Shown: positions 1-12,137, numbered from the stretch's first letter. The stretch is 64,000 bases of DNA from Rebecca billardiae RCC1528 (GCA_965240325.2 OZ251231.1:124001-188000); one strand, 5' to 3'. Notes: generated from the sequence alone by a model not told the origin. Numbers and translations are program-made.

Positions 1-572
1 CGCGCCGCGTCCGCGGAGCTGAGCCGGACGATCCGCGGCGCCGACTGCTGCTGCTGCTGCGCGGCGGCGGCGGGGGCGGCGGCGGGCCGGCGCGTGGGCT
101 CGGCGCCGCTGAGGGTGACCACGCGGCCGGGCCCCACGTTCCGCCACTTGGGCCGCGCCGCCAGCGCCGCCAGCCGCGCCGCCTCCGCCTTGGCGCGCTT
201 CTCGGCCGCCTCGGCGTTCGCCGCGGCCGCCAGCTGCTCGACGCGCTCGTCGCGCGTGCCCTCGCGGCGCTTGCGCTCGGCGAACTTGCGCAGGGCCTCG
301 GCCTTGTTCGACACGAGCTTCTCCGGATGCGCGAGCCGCGGCATCACCCACGTCGATCCCGCCGAGATGTCGATCTCGTCCTCGCGGCCGTCGAGGCGCC
401 GCACCTTCACCGGCCGCGGCGCCGGCTCGTCGGCGGCGGCGGCGCGGGCGGCGGCGGCGGCGGCGGGCGGCTTGGGCGGCTTCGAGAGGTTGATGCCCTC
501 GTTGTGGATCCCCTTGAGCGAGACCACGCGGCTCGGCGCGGCCACGGCCGGCGCGCCCGCGCCGCTCGTCAT
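1..572 (-). CDS. 5' part of a hypothetical protein running off the window start (upstream in-frame ATG at 683 also possible)
   Basis: Open minus-strand frame read by eye (MTSGAGAPAVAAPSRVVSLKGIHNEGINLSKPP...KAEALRKFAERKRREG...) with host-like codon usage. It has no stop inside the window, so it is absent from the ORF track. Head-to-head with RidA. Confidence 0.55.
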   Translation of the reverse strand, partial: MTSGAGAPAVAAPSRVVSLKGIHNEGINLSKPPKPPAAAAAARAAAADEPAPRPVKVRRLDGREDEIDISAGSTWVMPRLAHPEKLVSNKAEALRKFAERKRREGTRDERVEQLAAAANAEAAEKRAKAEAARLAALAARPKWRNVGPGRVVTLSGAEPTRRPAAAPAAAAQQQQQSAPRIVRLSSADAA

Positions 573-689
573 GGCCAACGCCCGCGCCGAGTGCACGATG
601 GAGGCGAGCGCTCGCTCGGCTCCTGGAGGCACCCGGACTCTTCTGGAGCCAGCCAGCCAGGCAGGAGAATCCCGAGCCCCCATATCGCC

Positions 690-814
690 ATGGCGACGCT
701 GAGTGCTCGCGCGCTCGCGGTGCCGCTCGCGGTGCCGGCCCTCCTGCTCGCCGGGCGCGCGCTGCGCGCGTGGCTGCGCGCTCGCGCGGTCGTGAGCACG
801 ACGCGCGCGCCCGC

Positions 815-847
<33 letters not shown>

Positions 848-1160
848 GGGCGCGCTCGTCTTTGTGTCGGGCCAGATCCCACTCGACCCGCAGACGGGCG
901 CGCTCGTGGACGGCGGCATCGAGGCGCAGGCGAAGCGGTCGCTGGAGAACCTCAAGGCGATCGTCGAGGCGAGCGGCTGCACCATGCGCGACGTCGTCAA
1001 GTGCACCATCCTCCTCGCGGACATGGGCGACTTTGCCAAGGTGAACGACGTGTACGCGAGCTTCTTCGCCGAGCCGTTCCCCGCGCGCGCGGCGTTCGCG
1101 GTGAAGGCGCTGCCGAAGGGCGCGCTCATCGAGATCGAGTGTGTCGCCGCGCTGCCTTGA
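690..1160 (+). CDS. ridA: RidA/YjgF/UK114 family reactive intermediate (enamine/imine) deaminase
   Basis: APAAIGPYSQAV, VFVSGQIPLDP, NLKAIVEASG, VNDVYASFF, PARAAFAVKALPKGALIEIECVA; short hydrophobic N-terminal extension. Confidence 0.95.
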
Positions 1161-1331
1161 GGCCGCCTGGTACTGCAGCGGCGAGGACTGTAGTCAGACT
1201 CGAGGGACCCTCTGAGGCGACAGCCGTCCGGCTGAGTCACAGGGCGCGATACCGCGCGATTTATTGACCGCTGACCCGAATCATTCGGCGTGGCAGGCGC
1301 TCGAAAAAAGAAAAGCCGCACTCTCGCCAGC

Positions 1332-3413
1332 ATGCCCGCCGCGCGGCGGCCGCGCGGCCGCTCGCCCCGGCTCGTGTCGACGGCGTGCTGCGCTCTCGCG
1401 GCGGCGGTGGTGGTGGTGACCACGGTGTTCCGCGCCACAGTCGTACTGCAGGCCCACGACGGCGCGGACGCGCTCCCCGCGCGGCGGCGCGCGGCGGCGG
1501 GCGGCGGCGCGCACGGCGGCGCGCCCGCCGCGGCCGCGGCCGTGGCGGCCGCCGCCGCCGCGCCGCCGCGCGTCGCCGCGCGGGCGGGTGGCGGCGGCGG
1601 CGTTGACGGCGGCGCGGCGTCGGCGTCGACGACGCCCGCCCCCGCGCCGCCGCCCTTCGACGCCGCCGCCTCCGTGCGCGCGGTCGAGTCCCTGCTCTCG
1701 CGCGTGCGTGCGCGCGTGCACGTGCTTGACCTCACGCCTGCGCTCGGCAACGTGACGGCGCTGGTGGACGGGCTGGCGGGCGGCGAGCGCGGGATCAAGT
1801 GCTCGTACCGCGTCGAGTCGTGCGCGCAGCGCCAGTGGATGACCGAGCTCGTCTTCGCCCAGCAGCTCGCCGCCTCGCCGCACGCGACGGCCGACGCGGC
1901 CAGATCCGATCTCGTGCTGGTGCCGCTGCCGAGCACGCTCATCTTCATGTACGCGCGCGACCTGTCGGTGCACCGCTGCCCGAGGTGCGAGGCGCTGGAG
2001 GAGGCGCTGCTCGCGCAGCTGCGCGCGCACCCGCGCTGGGCGCGCTGCGCGGGCAACGACTTTGTCTTCCTCTCCCTCCGCTGCCCGACCACCTCGGGCT
2101 CAGACATGGCGCAGCGCGGCTGGCAGCGGCTCTTCAACCTGCACCACGAGCCTGTGCGCGGCGTGCACCTGTGCCTCGAGCCGCCGCCCGACTCGACGCC
2201 CGGCGCGCTCTCGCGCGCGCGGCGCGTGCTCGGCTTCCACACCGTGCCCATCCCGTGGTACCAGTGGGAGCCCAACTTTGTCGACGACGACTACGAGGCA
2301 AGGCTCGGGGGCGAGGCGGACGCGCGCGCGCTGCTGCGAGCCGCCGAGCGCGCGGGCGCGGCGGGCGCGGGCGCGGCGGGCGCGGGCGCGGCGGTGGTCG
2401 GCGGCGGTGGCGCGCGGGCGAAGCGCTTCTTCCTCTACTTCAAGGGCGCGCTCCTCTCCGCCGTCCGCGCGTACGTCGCGAGCGCGATGCACGGCTGCGC
2501 CGACTGCGCGCTGCGCGCGCACATGGGCGACCGCTTCACAGTGCGCGGCACGTCCGAGCACAAGGTGGAGATGGCGGCGTCGCTGTTCTGCTACGTGCCG
2601 CGCGGCGACGTGGCGGCGGGGAAGCGGCCGTACGACGCGCTCGGCGCGGCGTGCGTCCCCGTCGTCGCCGCCGACGAGCTCGCCTGGGCGTTCGAGCGCT
2701 TCCTCCCCCCGCAGCTGTACGGAGTGCGCGTGCGCGAGCGCGCCGTCACGCGCTCCAACCGCTCGGGGTACGCGCTGCTGCGCGCGCTGCGCGGGATGCC
2801 GGAGGCGCGGGTGCACGCGATGCGCGCGGCGCTGCGCGCGCACTGGCGCGCCTTCCGCTACGGCCCGGCGTACCGCCCGCGCGAGGCGCTCGACCACACG
2901 ATGATCGAGCTGCAGGCGCGCGCGGACGTGCTGCGCGACGTGGGCTGCGGCCGCGCGCGCGTGGACGACGGCGACGCGCGCGCGGCGAACGGCACGTCGG
3001 AGGGGGCGGGCTCGGCCACCAAGCGCCTCCTCCAGACGCTCGACGCGGACGACTACCGCGCCCTCGCCATCGCGCAGGCGCTGCGCGCCGAGTTTGACAG
3101 ACGGCACGCGCCCGAGGCGCGCCGCCCGGAGTTCTTCGACCTCGCGCCGTGGTCGACGGCGGCGGAGCTCGCGGCGGCGGAGGCGGCGGACGGGGCGGCC
3201 AAGGCGCGCGCCGCCCACGCGCGCGCCGCCGCGGGCGAGCGACGCGCCGCCGTCGCCGCCGCAGCCAAGGCGATGGGCAAGGCCGGCGGCGCCGGCCCGG
3301 GCCGCGCCGCCGCGCCGCGCGGCGCGCCCGCGGCCAAGGCGGGCCAGGCGGCGGCGGGCCAGGCGCGCGGCGGCGGCGGCAAGGGCCCCGCCGCGCGGTC
3401 GTCGCGCCGATGA
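1332..3413 (+). CDS. Exostosin-like glycosyltransferase (GT47 family), type II membrane protein
   Basis: N-terminal TM (CCALAAAVVVVTTVF); ADAARSDLVLVP; HPRWARCAGNDFVF; C-terminal GT47 motif MAASLFCYVPRGD...RPYDALGAACVPVVAADELAWAF. Confidence 0.8.
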   Translation: MPAARRPRGRSPRLVSTACCALAAAVVVVTTVFRATVVLQAHDGADALPARRRAAAGGGAHGGAPAAAAAVAAAAAAPPRVAARAGGGGGVDGGAASASTTPAPAPPPFDAAASVRAVESLLSRVRARVHVLDLTPALGNVTALVDGLAGGERGIKCSYRVESCAQRQWMTELVFAQQLAASPHATADAARSDLVLVPLPSTLIFMYARDLSVHRCPRCEALEEALLAQLRAHPRWARCAGNDFVFLSLRCPTTSGSDMAQRGWQRLFNLHHEPVRGVHLCLEPPPDSTPGALSRARRVLGFHTVPIPWYQWEPNFVDDDYEARLGGEADARALLRAAERAGAAGAGAAGAGAAVVGGGGARAKRFFLYFKGALLSAVRAYVASAMHGCADCALRAHMGDRFTVRGTSEHKVEMAASLFCYVPRGDVAAGKRPYDALGAACVPVVAADELAWAFERFLPPQLYGVRVRERAVTRSNRSGYALLRALRGMPEARVHAMRAALRAHWRAFRYGPAYRPREALDHTMIELQARADVLRDVGCGRARVDDGDARAANGTSEGAGSATKRLLQTLDADDYRALAIAQALRAEFDRRHAPEARRPEFFDLAPWSTAAELAAAEAADGAAKARAAHARAAAGERRAAVAAAAKAMGKAGGAGPGRAAAPRGAPAAKAGQAAAGQARGGGGKGPAARSSRR

Positions 3414-3687
3414 GCGCTCGGCCGGGCGAGGCGCGCGCGCGCTCCCCCCGTTCGTTGTCACGGCCGGCCACGGTCCGGGCCCGCGCCGGACGGACGCGAG
3501 ACGCGCGCATCGCACGGCCCACCTTCAGACTCCTTCGCACTGCGCTGTGCGCATCGTCAGCGAGTGGCAACTCGTCTAGACCCGCGCCCACCCACTGAAT
3601 ATTGGCGCTAATTGGGCAGCAATTAAACCGGCCTAGTGGCCGGCCGAATCGACGCAGCGAATCCACTCCGCGCGCTGCACACCAACC

Positions 3688-3896
3688 ATGGCGGTGGGAG
3701 CACGACCATCTCTGGCGCTCGCCGCGGCCGCGCTCCTGGCGTGGCCGGCGCTGTGCGGCGCGTACGCGGGCGGGCGCCCGCTGCACGCGTCGCGCGTACA
3801 CGCGGCGCGCCCCGCGCGCGCCGCGCTCTCCGCGCTCGCCGCCGCCGACGGCGGCGCGCCGTCGGCGGCGGCCGTGCTGCCGACGGCGGGCGCGGA

Positions 3897-3929
<33 letters not shown>

Positions 3930-5599
3930 GGGCGGCGCGGAGCAGGCGGCGGCGGCGGCGCAGGCGGCGACGAAGGGCGGCGACGCGCCGCCCAAGAAGG
4001 CGGCGGGCGGCAAGAAGAAGAAGCGCGCCTCGGGCGGCGCCGCCGGCCAGCCGCTCGTGATTGGGCTCTCGCACCACACCGCGACCGTCGAGGTGCGCGA
4101 GAAGCTGGCGGTGCCCGAGGCGGAGTGGAACAACGCGTCGGCCGCGCTGCTCGAGGCGTGTCCCTCCGTCCAGGAGGCCGCCGTGCTCTCCACGTGCAAC
4201 CGCTTCGAGCTCCACCTCGTCGCCGCCGAGCGCAACGCGGCGATCCGCGACGTTCTCGCCTTCCTGCACGGCCGCTCGGGCGTGGACATGGACACGCTGT
4301 GGGCGAACCTGTTCATGCTGAGCGGCGAGGACGCGGTGTGGCACCTGCTGCGCGTCTCCGCCGGCCTCGACTCGCTCGTCGTCGGCGAGGGCCAGATCCT
4401 CTCGCAGGTCAAGGCGTGCTTCACGCACGCAACCTCGAAGGAGGGCTCGGCGGGCAAGGTGCTCACCAGGCTGCTCAACGTCGCCGTCGCCGCGGGGAAG
4501 CGCGTGCGCTCGGAGACGGACATCGCGAAGGGCGCGGTGTCGATCTCGTCCGCCGCGGCCGAGCTCTCCGACATGCGCGCGAAGGAGGCGCTCGGCCGGC
4601 CCTTTGACGGTGCGCGCGCGCGCGCGCGCGCGCGCCGCGCCGCCGCCGCCGCCGCCGCGCGCCGCGCGCGCGATCGCCGCCTCACGCGCGCGCGCCCGCC
4701 GCGCGCCCGCTCTCGCGCAGGCACCAAAATCTCGATCATCGGCGCGGGCACGATGTCGCGCCTGCTGCTCACCCACCTCGCCTCCAAGGGCGTCAGCGCC
4801 GCGCGGCTTCTCAACCGCGGGCTCGAGCGCTCGACCGAGCTCGCCGCGCAGTTTCCGGACGTAGACGTGTCCTGTGAGACGATGGACGCGCTCGACGACG
4901 CGCTGGCGAGCAGCGACATCGTGTTCACCGCGTCGGGCGCGCGGCACTGCCTCGTCACGAAGGAGGGGCTGCAGGCCGGCAACCTCGTCACCGACGGGCG
5001 CAAGCTCATGCTCGTCGACATCGCGGTGCCGCGCAACGTGGAGACGGAGTGCAACGACGTGGAGGGCGTGAGCGCGTACAACGTCGACGACCTCAAGGCG
5101 GTCGTCGCGAAGAACCAGGTGCGCGCGCGCGCGCGCGCGTGCGCGTGAGCGCGTGCGTGTGCGCGTGCGCGTGTGCGCGCGCCTTTGCATCGTCTCCCCT
5201 CACCTCCGCGCGCGCGCCCGCTCTCGCCCGCGCCCCTAACCCCCAACCCTCGCTCTCTCTCCGCGCGCGCGCGCGCAGGCGTCGCGCCGGCGCTCTGTGC
5301 TCGAGGCGGAGGCGCTGCTCGGCGGCGAGCTCGCCTCGTTCATGTCGTGGCAGCGCACCCTCGACTTCGTGCCCGTGATCGGCAAGCTGCAGGCCAACGC
5401 GGAGCAGATCCGCGCCTCCGAGCTCGCCAAGGTCAAGTCGAAGCTGGGCAACCTGAGCGACAAGGAGCTGGAGGTCGTCGAGCGCACGACCAAGAGCATC
5501 ATCAACAAGCTGCTGCACTCGCCGATGACGTACCTGCGCAAGGACCAGGGCGAGCAGCTCACCACGCGCGAGATCGTCGAGGGCCTCTTCGACCTCTGA
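3688..5599 (+). CDS. hemA: Glutamyl-tRNA reductase, plastid-targeted; exons 3688-4609, 4721-5118, 5279-5599
   Basis: IGLSHHTATVEVREKLA, LSTCNRFE, VSAGLDSLVVGEGQILSQVK, GKRVRSET, IIGAGTM, LVDIAVPRNV, INKLLHSP. GT-AG introns 4610-4720 (111 nt) and 5119-5278 (160 nt) restore the frame. N-terminal signal plus transit peptide. Confidence 0.95.
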
Positions 5600-6925
5600 G
5601 CACGCCGAGCGCGCGCGCGCACAGCGCCACGGAGCGTGGGCACACAGCTCAGCATGGGCACACACACCGCATGCGGAGGAACACTCAAAACTCAGCGGGG
5701 CATGGGACGACGGCGCATGGCATGGGGCAAGCATGGGCGGCGGGGCGCGAGCGCATCCGACGGCCGCCCGGACGGCACGGCAGCGCGGCGCTGGCTTGGC
5801 GATGAGTGCGGCGTGCGCGGATCCCTCTCGGTTCCGCCGCCGCTCCTCGAGGCTCGACACAGGGCGGTCCGATGACGCTGGACGGCCGCCGCCCCGCGGC
5901 GCTGGCCGACTCAGCGAGCCGTGGCCACTGCGGGCCAGCATGGGCAACTGCTGCCAGTGACTGTGAAGCCTGCTGTATGATGTATATGTACGACGTAGTA
6001 CGAGTGATGCGTCGCGTACTATAGTATTATTCGACGATCCGACCGTATACCGGACGCGTGATACTCGGCGTCATCACTATCAGACGAGTAGTAGGGCGGC
6101 ACTGTCACGGTACCTTCAATAACCTTGCGGAACCGCGGCTCAGACAGTCTGACTCAGAGCCAGACGGCTGACGGTGCGGCGCGCATTCCGAAATCGTGAA
6201 CCGCTGCTACGTACTAGGCAGCTTAACGGTTGAGCTAGAGTACAGCACTGACCGCGGAGTCCGGACCGATGATCGTCTGATGCTGCTGCTGTGATCAGCT
6301 GCTAAGACATGATGCTGCTCGAGTCAGCTGCTGACTGTAGTTAGTGCCCGCCGGCGCTGATCATCGGACTTCGGAGACTCGCCGGCCGAAGTCGTGAGCA
6401 GTCACGTTAGACGACTGACAGCAGTCCGACGTAGTGACCGGGCGTGATGAGTGGCGGTGATCTATCTGATGTACGTGCGTCATGGCGCCGATCGCTCACC
6501 GGTCGCGGAGTCATCACGGTTACTTATTCGTCGGATCGGGATATGCCACCGCAGCGCGTCTGCGCGCGCCCGCGCGGGCCCCGCCCGGGGCCGCCGCTAC
6601 TCGGCCGGGTACTTACTTACTACTGCTAACCGTTACAGTACCGCCGGGCTTATAGCGCCGCTGTGTCGCTGCGCTGAGCACGCGCTTCTGAATCCATTCG
6701 TTCAGTACGCGGTGTACTATAGTTAATCGGCGGCGGCAGTGCCAGTCCAGTGCGGCCCGCACTCTGCGCGGAGTCGGGGGCAGCGCCGTCCGAGACTCCG
6801 ACTGCCCGGGCTACTCGCCGGACGCCGCTCAGCGAGAGCTACCTGGGAGTCAGATCGAAAGAGATCGGAGAGGCCCGCCCGCCCCCTCTCTGACTCTGTG
6901 GCCCCATCACTCGTCAGTCACGTCG

Positions 6926-8501
6926 TCAGCGCACCAGGCCGAGGTTGACAGCCGCCCACGAGGACTGCGGCCACGGCTCGCGCTCGCGCGCGCGGCCGAG
7001 CAGCACGCGCGTCCACGCGACCCACCCCGCCCAGCGCATGCGCTTGTCCCACGAGGTGCCCCACATGGCGTGCAGCTCGAGCGCCGCCGCGGCCGCGCGC
7101 TCCGCCTCCTCGAACCGCCCGTCGGCCAGCCGGCACTGCGCGAGCACGGTCAGCGGCTCGCCCACAAAGGGGTTGAGCTCCGAGGCGTCGGTGAGCGCGT
7201 CCACCGCGGCCGCGCGCGAGCTCGGGCTGTCGGTGACGGCGGTGTCGTTCACGACGGAGACGTACAGGTCGCGCGCGCGCAGCTCGGCCTCTGGCGTGAG
7301 CGTGCGCGAGCAGCCGTCGAAGACGGGCGGCAGCGGCGCGCCCTCCACCTCCGCGCCCGCGCTCCGCGCCGCGAGCGCCAGCCGGCCCACGTGTGACACC
7401 CACAGCCCGGGCTTGCACGCGCCCGGCCACAGCGCGCCCGGCCTGTGCCCCTGCGTCGTGCGCGAGGCGCCGGGCGCGAAGATGGCGCCGCCGCGCGGGT
7501 AGTCGAAGACCTCGTCGTACCAGCCCGCGTACTGCGGCGCACACAACCCCGCGCACGAAGCGCCGCGCGCGCGTGCGCGTGCGGGGTTACGCGGTTGCGG
7601 GGTTGCGCGCGTCAGCCGAGCGCGCGCGCGCGCGCACAGAGTGCGGCGCGCGGCGACGTGGCTGTGTACAGCGCTTCTCGCGCGCACAGTGCACGCGCAC
7701 ACGCACGCACGGACGCACGGACACACACACACATGGCACACGCACGCACACATGGCACACGCACGCACCTGCTCCGAGATGTCCGCCATCGTGAAGACGA
7801 GGAGGTGGCGCAGCTCGGCGCGCGAGAGGTGCACGTCCTCGCCCGTGCGAATGTGCCGCGTCGTCAGCCCCTCCTCCGGCACGCGCCCGGACTCGGCAAG
7901 CTCGTCCCACACGATGTCGTGCCGCGGCACGATGCACAGCTTGTGTGTCAGGCGCTCCGCGTCCGCGCCGATCGCGTCCGCGACGAGCGGCCGGTCGGAG
8001 GCGGCGTCGAAGATGGCGAGGTTGACGTACGAGTTGGAGTACGCCGAGTGGAACAGCCCGAGCCGGCAGAGGTAGTCCGGCTGCCCCCACAGCCGCAGCA
8101 CGTTGTGCGTGTCCGTCAGGTGCTCCTGTGGGCATGAGCGGCGGCGGCGGCGGCGGCGCGCGGGAGGACGGGCGAACGCGGCCGGTGAGCGCGGCGCGCG
8201 TCCGCGGGATCTAACATGTGCCCACGCGCCCGCCCGCGCGCGGCGCGCCCTTCATCCCTTTCCGCGCGCGCACCTTGAACGTGCCGTGCTTGTGCCAGCA
8301 CTCGCCCGCGCCGCGCTCGTCGAGCATGTGCAGCAGTCCGGGCACGGCCGGGTCGAGGGCGGCGAGGTCGTCGCGGAGGAGGGCGCGGGTGACGCGCCAG
8401 CGCTCGGCCGGGATGCTCGCGACGGGCGGGGCCGACGCCGTCGCGAGCGCGCGCGTGCCGCGCCCGGCGGCGGCGAGGGCGGCGCGGCGTGCGCACAGCA
8501 T
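6926..8501 (-). CDS. DUF6817-like conserved plant/algal protein with C-terminal TPR-like helices; exons 8501-8274, 8125-7769, 7531-6926
   Basis: GAGECWHKHGTFK|EHL, LGLFHSAYSNSYVNLAIFD, NPFVGEP, WGTSWDKRMRWAGWVAWTRVL, recalled as a plant/algal family. Introns 8126-8273 and 7532-7768. Mitochondrial-like presequence MLCARRAALAAAGRGTRAL. Confidence 0.8.
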
Positions 8502-8639
8502 GGCGAGCGCGCGGCGCGCGCGGATCCTTGGCGGGCGGTTGGTCGAGTTTTATTTTTTTGGTTTTTGTTGGAGTCCGGGCGCGGCGCCGCAGCCGTCCGT
8601 CCGGCAAAGAAAGCGCCACTTGCGTACCCGCGCGACGCC

Positions 8640-8850
8640 ATGCTGTTCGGGCTGCTGCGCGCACTGCTCGCGCGCGCGCTGGGGCTGATCGAGGGTGCGC
8701 TCGCGCCGCTGCGCGCCCGCCTGGCGGCGCCGTCGACCTCCGCCTTCGACGTGCACGCCGCCGCCGCCGCGCTCGACGGCACGCCGTACGCTCCGGCGTT
8801 TGCGCCCGCGCGCGCCGCCGAGCCCTTCCTGAGCGCTTACGCACCGCTGC

Positions 8851-8887
<37 letters not shown>

Positions 8888-11045
8888 CAAGGTGCTCGGC
8901 GTGGTGGAGTACACGCGCGCCGACTTCCTCGCCCTCGCCTGCCGCGCCGCCTCCGCGCTCGTCGCCGCGGGCGTGCGCGGCCGCGGCGACGCGCACGCGC
9001 ACTGGTTCACCGGCAACGCGCCGGAGGACCTCGCGCTGCGCCTGGCGGCGGTGATGCTGCGCTCGGCGGCGGTGACGATCAACTGGCAGGCGGACGACCC
9101 GAAGCGCGTCGCGTACAAGCTGCGCGCCGCGCGCTGCCGCGTGCTCGTCGTCGACGAGGGCGTGCCCGACGCGGCGCTGGCGGAGGTGCTCGCCGAGTGC
9201 GCCGCGGCCGCGGCCGCGGACGGCGGCGGCGACGCCGCCGCCGAGCCGGTGCGCGTGCTGCGCGCGGCGTCGATCGCGACGCACCCGGCGGCGGCGGTGT
9301 CGCTCTCCGGCGCGCTCGCGCCGCCGCCCGCGCCCGAGGAGACGCGCTTCGTCATCTTCACCTCGGGCACCACCGGACTGCCCAAGGGTGTGGCGCTCGC
9401 GCACCGCTGCTATGACGCCAACGCGGCCACGTTTGATGCCTTCCTGATGCGGCCCGGCGGGTGGCGGCGGCTCGCGTGCGTGCTGACGAACCCGATGCAC
9501 CACACCAACTCGTCGGCGATCGCGGACTGGGCCACGCGCACGCCCGGCGCGCGCGTGCACCTCGTGCGCGCGTACACGACCGCGTACTGGCGCGTGCTCG
9601 CCGCGGCGGCGGCGGGCGTTCCGTACTGCGCGCGCGCCCCGCTGCCGCCGGCCGGCGGCGGCGGCGGCGGCGAGCCGGCGGCGGAGGCGGCGGAGGCGGC
9701 GGCGGAGGCGGCGGAGGCGGCGGCGCCCGGCGGCGGGCTCGGCTCGGCGCGCGTGCGCGCGGGCTGCGCCGCCGCCGCCGCCGCCGCCACCGCCCTCGTC
9801 TGCCCGCTCGTCTCCCGACACTTCGACTTTCTCGACGAGCTCTCGGCGGCGCGCCGGCTGCCGCTGCCGCCGGGCGCGCTCGCGGCCGCGGCCGCGTCCA
9901 GCCACGTGGTGCTGCTGCTCGGCTCGGCGCCCGTCGGCCCGACGACGGTCGCGCGGATCCGGCGGCTGTGCGGCGGTGCGCTCCCCACCGTCCGCTTCGG
10001 CTCCACCGAGACCACGCTGCAGGTGCTCGGCACGCCGCGCGGCCGCGCGCCCGAGCCAACGCTCGCCGCCTTTGAGGCGGGCTGGGCCCACGCGCACGCT
10101 GACGGCGCGCCGTGCGTAGGCTACTACATCGGCCGGCCGCACCCGCCGCACACGGAGGTGGACGTGGTCGCCTCGGTCGAGCGCGGCGAGGAGGGCGGCG
10201 CGCCGCCGGCCGAGTACCTCCGGCCGTGCGCCGCGGGCGTGCCCGGCCGGCTCGTCGCGCGCGGCGCCAACGTAATGGGTGGGTACGTGGGCGACCGCGC
10301 GGCGACGGCGCGCGCGCTCGACCGCGGCGGCGGTTGGTACCTCAACCTGGGAGACGTGTGCTTCTGGCTGCCCGCGGCGGACGGCTCGGGCGCGCGCGAG
10401 TACTACTGGGTCGCGCGCGAGTCGACGCTGCTCATCCGCGGCGGCGCCAACTACGCCTACGAGCAGCTCGAGGCGGAGATCGTCGCCTTTTGCCAGCAGC
10501 AGATGCCGGCGGCGGCCGCGGCGGCGGCGGCGGCGCGCGCCGAGCCGGCGGGCGGCGACGGCGGTGGCGCGGGCGACGGCGCGGAGGCGGAGGAAGAGGA
10601 GGCGCACTTTGCCGCGTCGGTGGTCGGCGTGCGCGTCGCGTCGGAGCACGAGGACGAGTGCTGCGTCGCGCTCGGCTGCCGCACCGCCGCCGCGCACGCC
10701 GCCGCGCCGCTGATCGTGCGCGCGCTGCTCGCAGGCCAGCCGATCGGCGCGCGCGGCGGCGCGGCTCCGGCCGCGGGCGCGCGCGCGCTCTCCAAGGGGG
10801 CGCGGCCGGAGCGCGTGGCGCTGGGCGTGGACGTGCCGCGCAACTTCAAGGGCGCGGTGCTGTACAAGGAGCTCGCGCAGTTCTGGAAGGTGCGCGCGCA
10901 CGCGCGCGGAGGGATCGAGGGGGGCGGCGCGGCCCGGCGTTGGACTCACGCCCGGCGTGTGCGCGCCCTGCCGCCGTCCCGCGCGCCGCAGGACGCGATC
11001 GCGCGCGACCCGGACTTTGGGAAGGCGCCGCCCGCCGAGAAGTGA
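8640..11045 (+). CDS. AMP-binding (ANL superfamily) acyl-CoA synthetase-like enzyme; probable intron 10890-10991
   Basis: IFTSGTTGLPKG (A3), PMHH, RFGSTET (A5), RGANVMGGY (A6), WYLNLGD (A7), RESTLLIRGGANY (A8). Confidence 0.85.
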
Positions 11046-11237
11046 GCCGCCTCGCTCGGGCTTGCCGCGCACTGGTGCGCCTCAGCCTCGACGCCCGAAG
11101 CGCACCACACTGTGATGCCGACGAGCCGCTCGACAAAAGCTCGACGACCTTATGATCGCGCTTAGCTGTCACTATTGACATTGTCATATTATATCGAGAT
11201 TATACTACTGTCGTATATTTTCACGCGCGCGATAATT

Positions 11238-12031
11238 CAGGGCTGCTGGGAGTTCGTGATCACGTGAGCGTGATATCACGGCGTGATCACGTGACACGTG
11301 ATCACGTGACGCGTCACGTCGGCAATGGGTCCGTCACGTGACAGCAGTCCGGTAGTCATGGTGTGCACCCGGACAGCCCTCGCGGGCCCCGCGAGGCCGG
11401 GCAGTGCGCGCCTGCGCGGGGGCCCGCCGGCCGACTCCGCCGAGAGTACCGTCGACGAGCCGCAAGGCGGGTTCGCGGCCGCAGTCGGATGAGCCGCCGT
11501 GGCGGACGCGCCGAGCGCGGAGGCGGGCGCGCCGAGCGCGGAGTCGGCGCGTGAGAAGAAGCGCCTCAAGCCGGGGGAGCGCCAGCTGGGCAAGGCGCGC
11601 CCGATCCCATCCTCGAGCGCACCAATGAATGGCCACGCGCGGCCCGGGCCGCGGAAGGGCTCCGGCGCGGTGAGTGCGCGCGAGCTGGCCAAGTTTAAGA
11701 TGGCTCGGCAGGCGAGCCTCATGCAGGTATTCAAAGACGGGGCTGCTGACCACGACTAGCAGTCGGAGTGCAGCTGTCTAATCGCGCTCTTCATGCCAGT
11801 ACTCAGTCCGCGAGTCTACTACTACTAGTCTGTCGTAGACGATTAGATTTCGTCATTATTCACTCCCAAATAGACCCAAAATTTTTCTTCGCCTCGGGCC
11901 GGCGGGGCCCCGGGGGGACACCCCCCGGACCCCCCCGTGGGCCGGACTCGTCACGTGATGTCACGTGATCACGCCTGTTGGGCAGCCGTGACGACACGTG
12001 ATGGTCACTGTACGACGAATTCCCAGCCCTG
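11238..12031. mobile_element. Degenerate hAT-like non-autonomous DNA transposon/MITE
   Basis: Imperfect TIRs: CAGGGCTG[CTG]GGAGTTCG at 11238 and reverse complement CAGGGCTGGGAATTCG ending at 12031. Both ends carry subterminal clusters of (T)CACGTG(A). TSD not clean. Confidence 0.5.
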
Positions 12032-12137
12032 CGGCGATATTCTTTTGCCCGAACTCACGCCCGGCCCGCCCCGCGGCGCGTTCAAAAAACGCGCCGCGGC
12101 CGTTCAAAAGCGACGGCTCGCCGCCTCGCCCGCCATC

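Noticed and set aside
690-1160. RidA as part of the cimA/leuCD cluster
   Set aside because: Functionally related to branched-chain amino acid metabolism, but ~38 kb away with many unrelated genes in between.
5233-5250. Telomere-like CCCTAACCCCCAACCCT
   Set aside because: Only 2-3 degenerate units inside hemA intron 2; CTAAC is better explained as the branch point.
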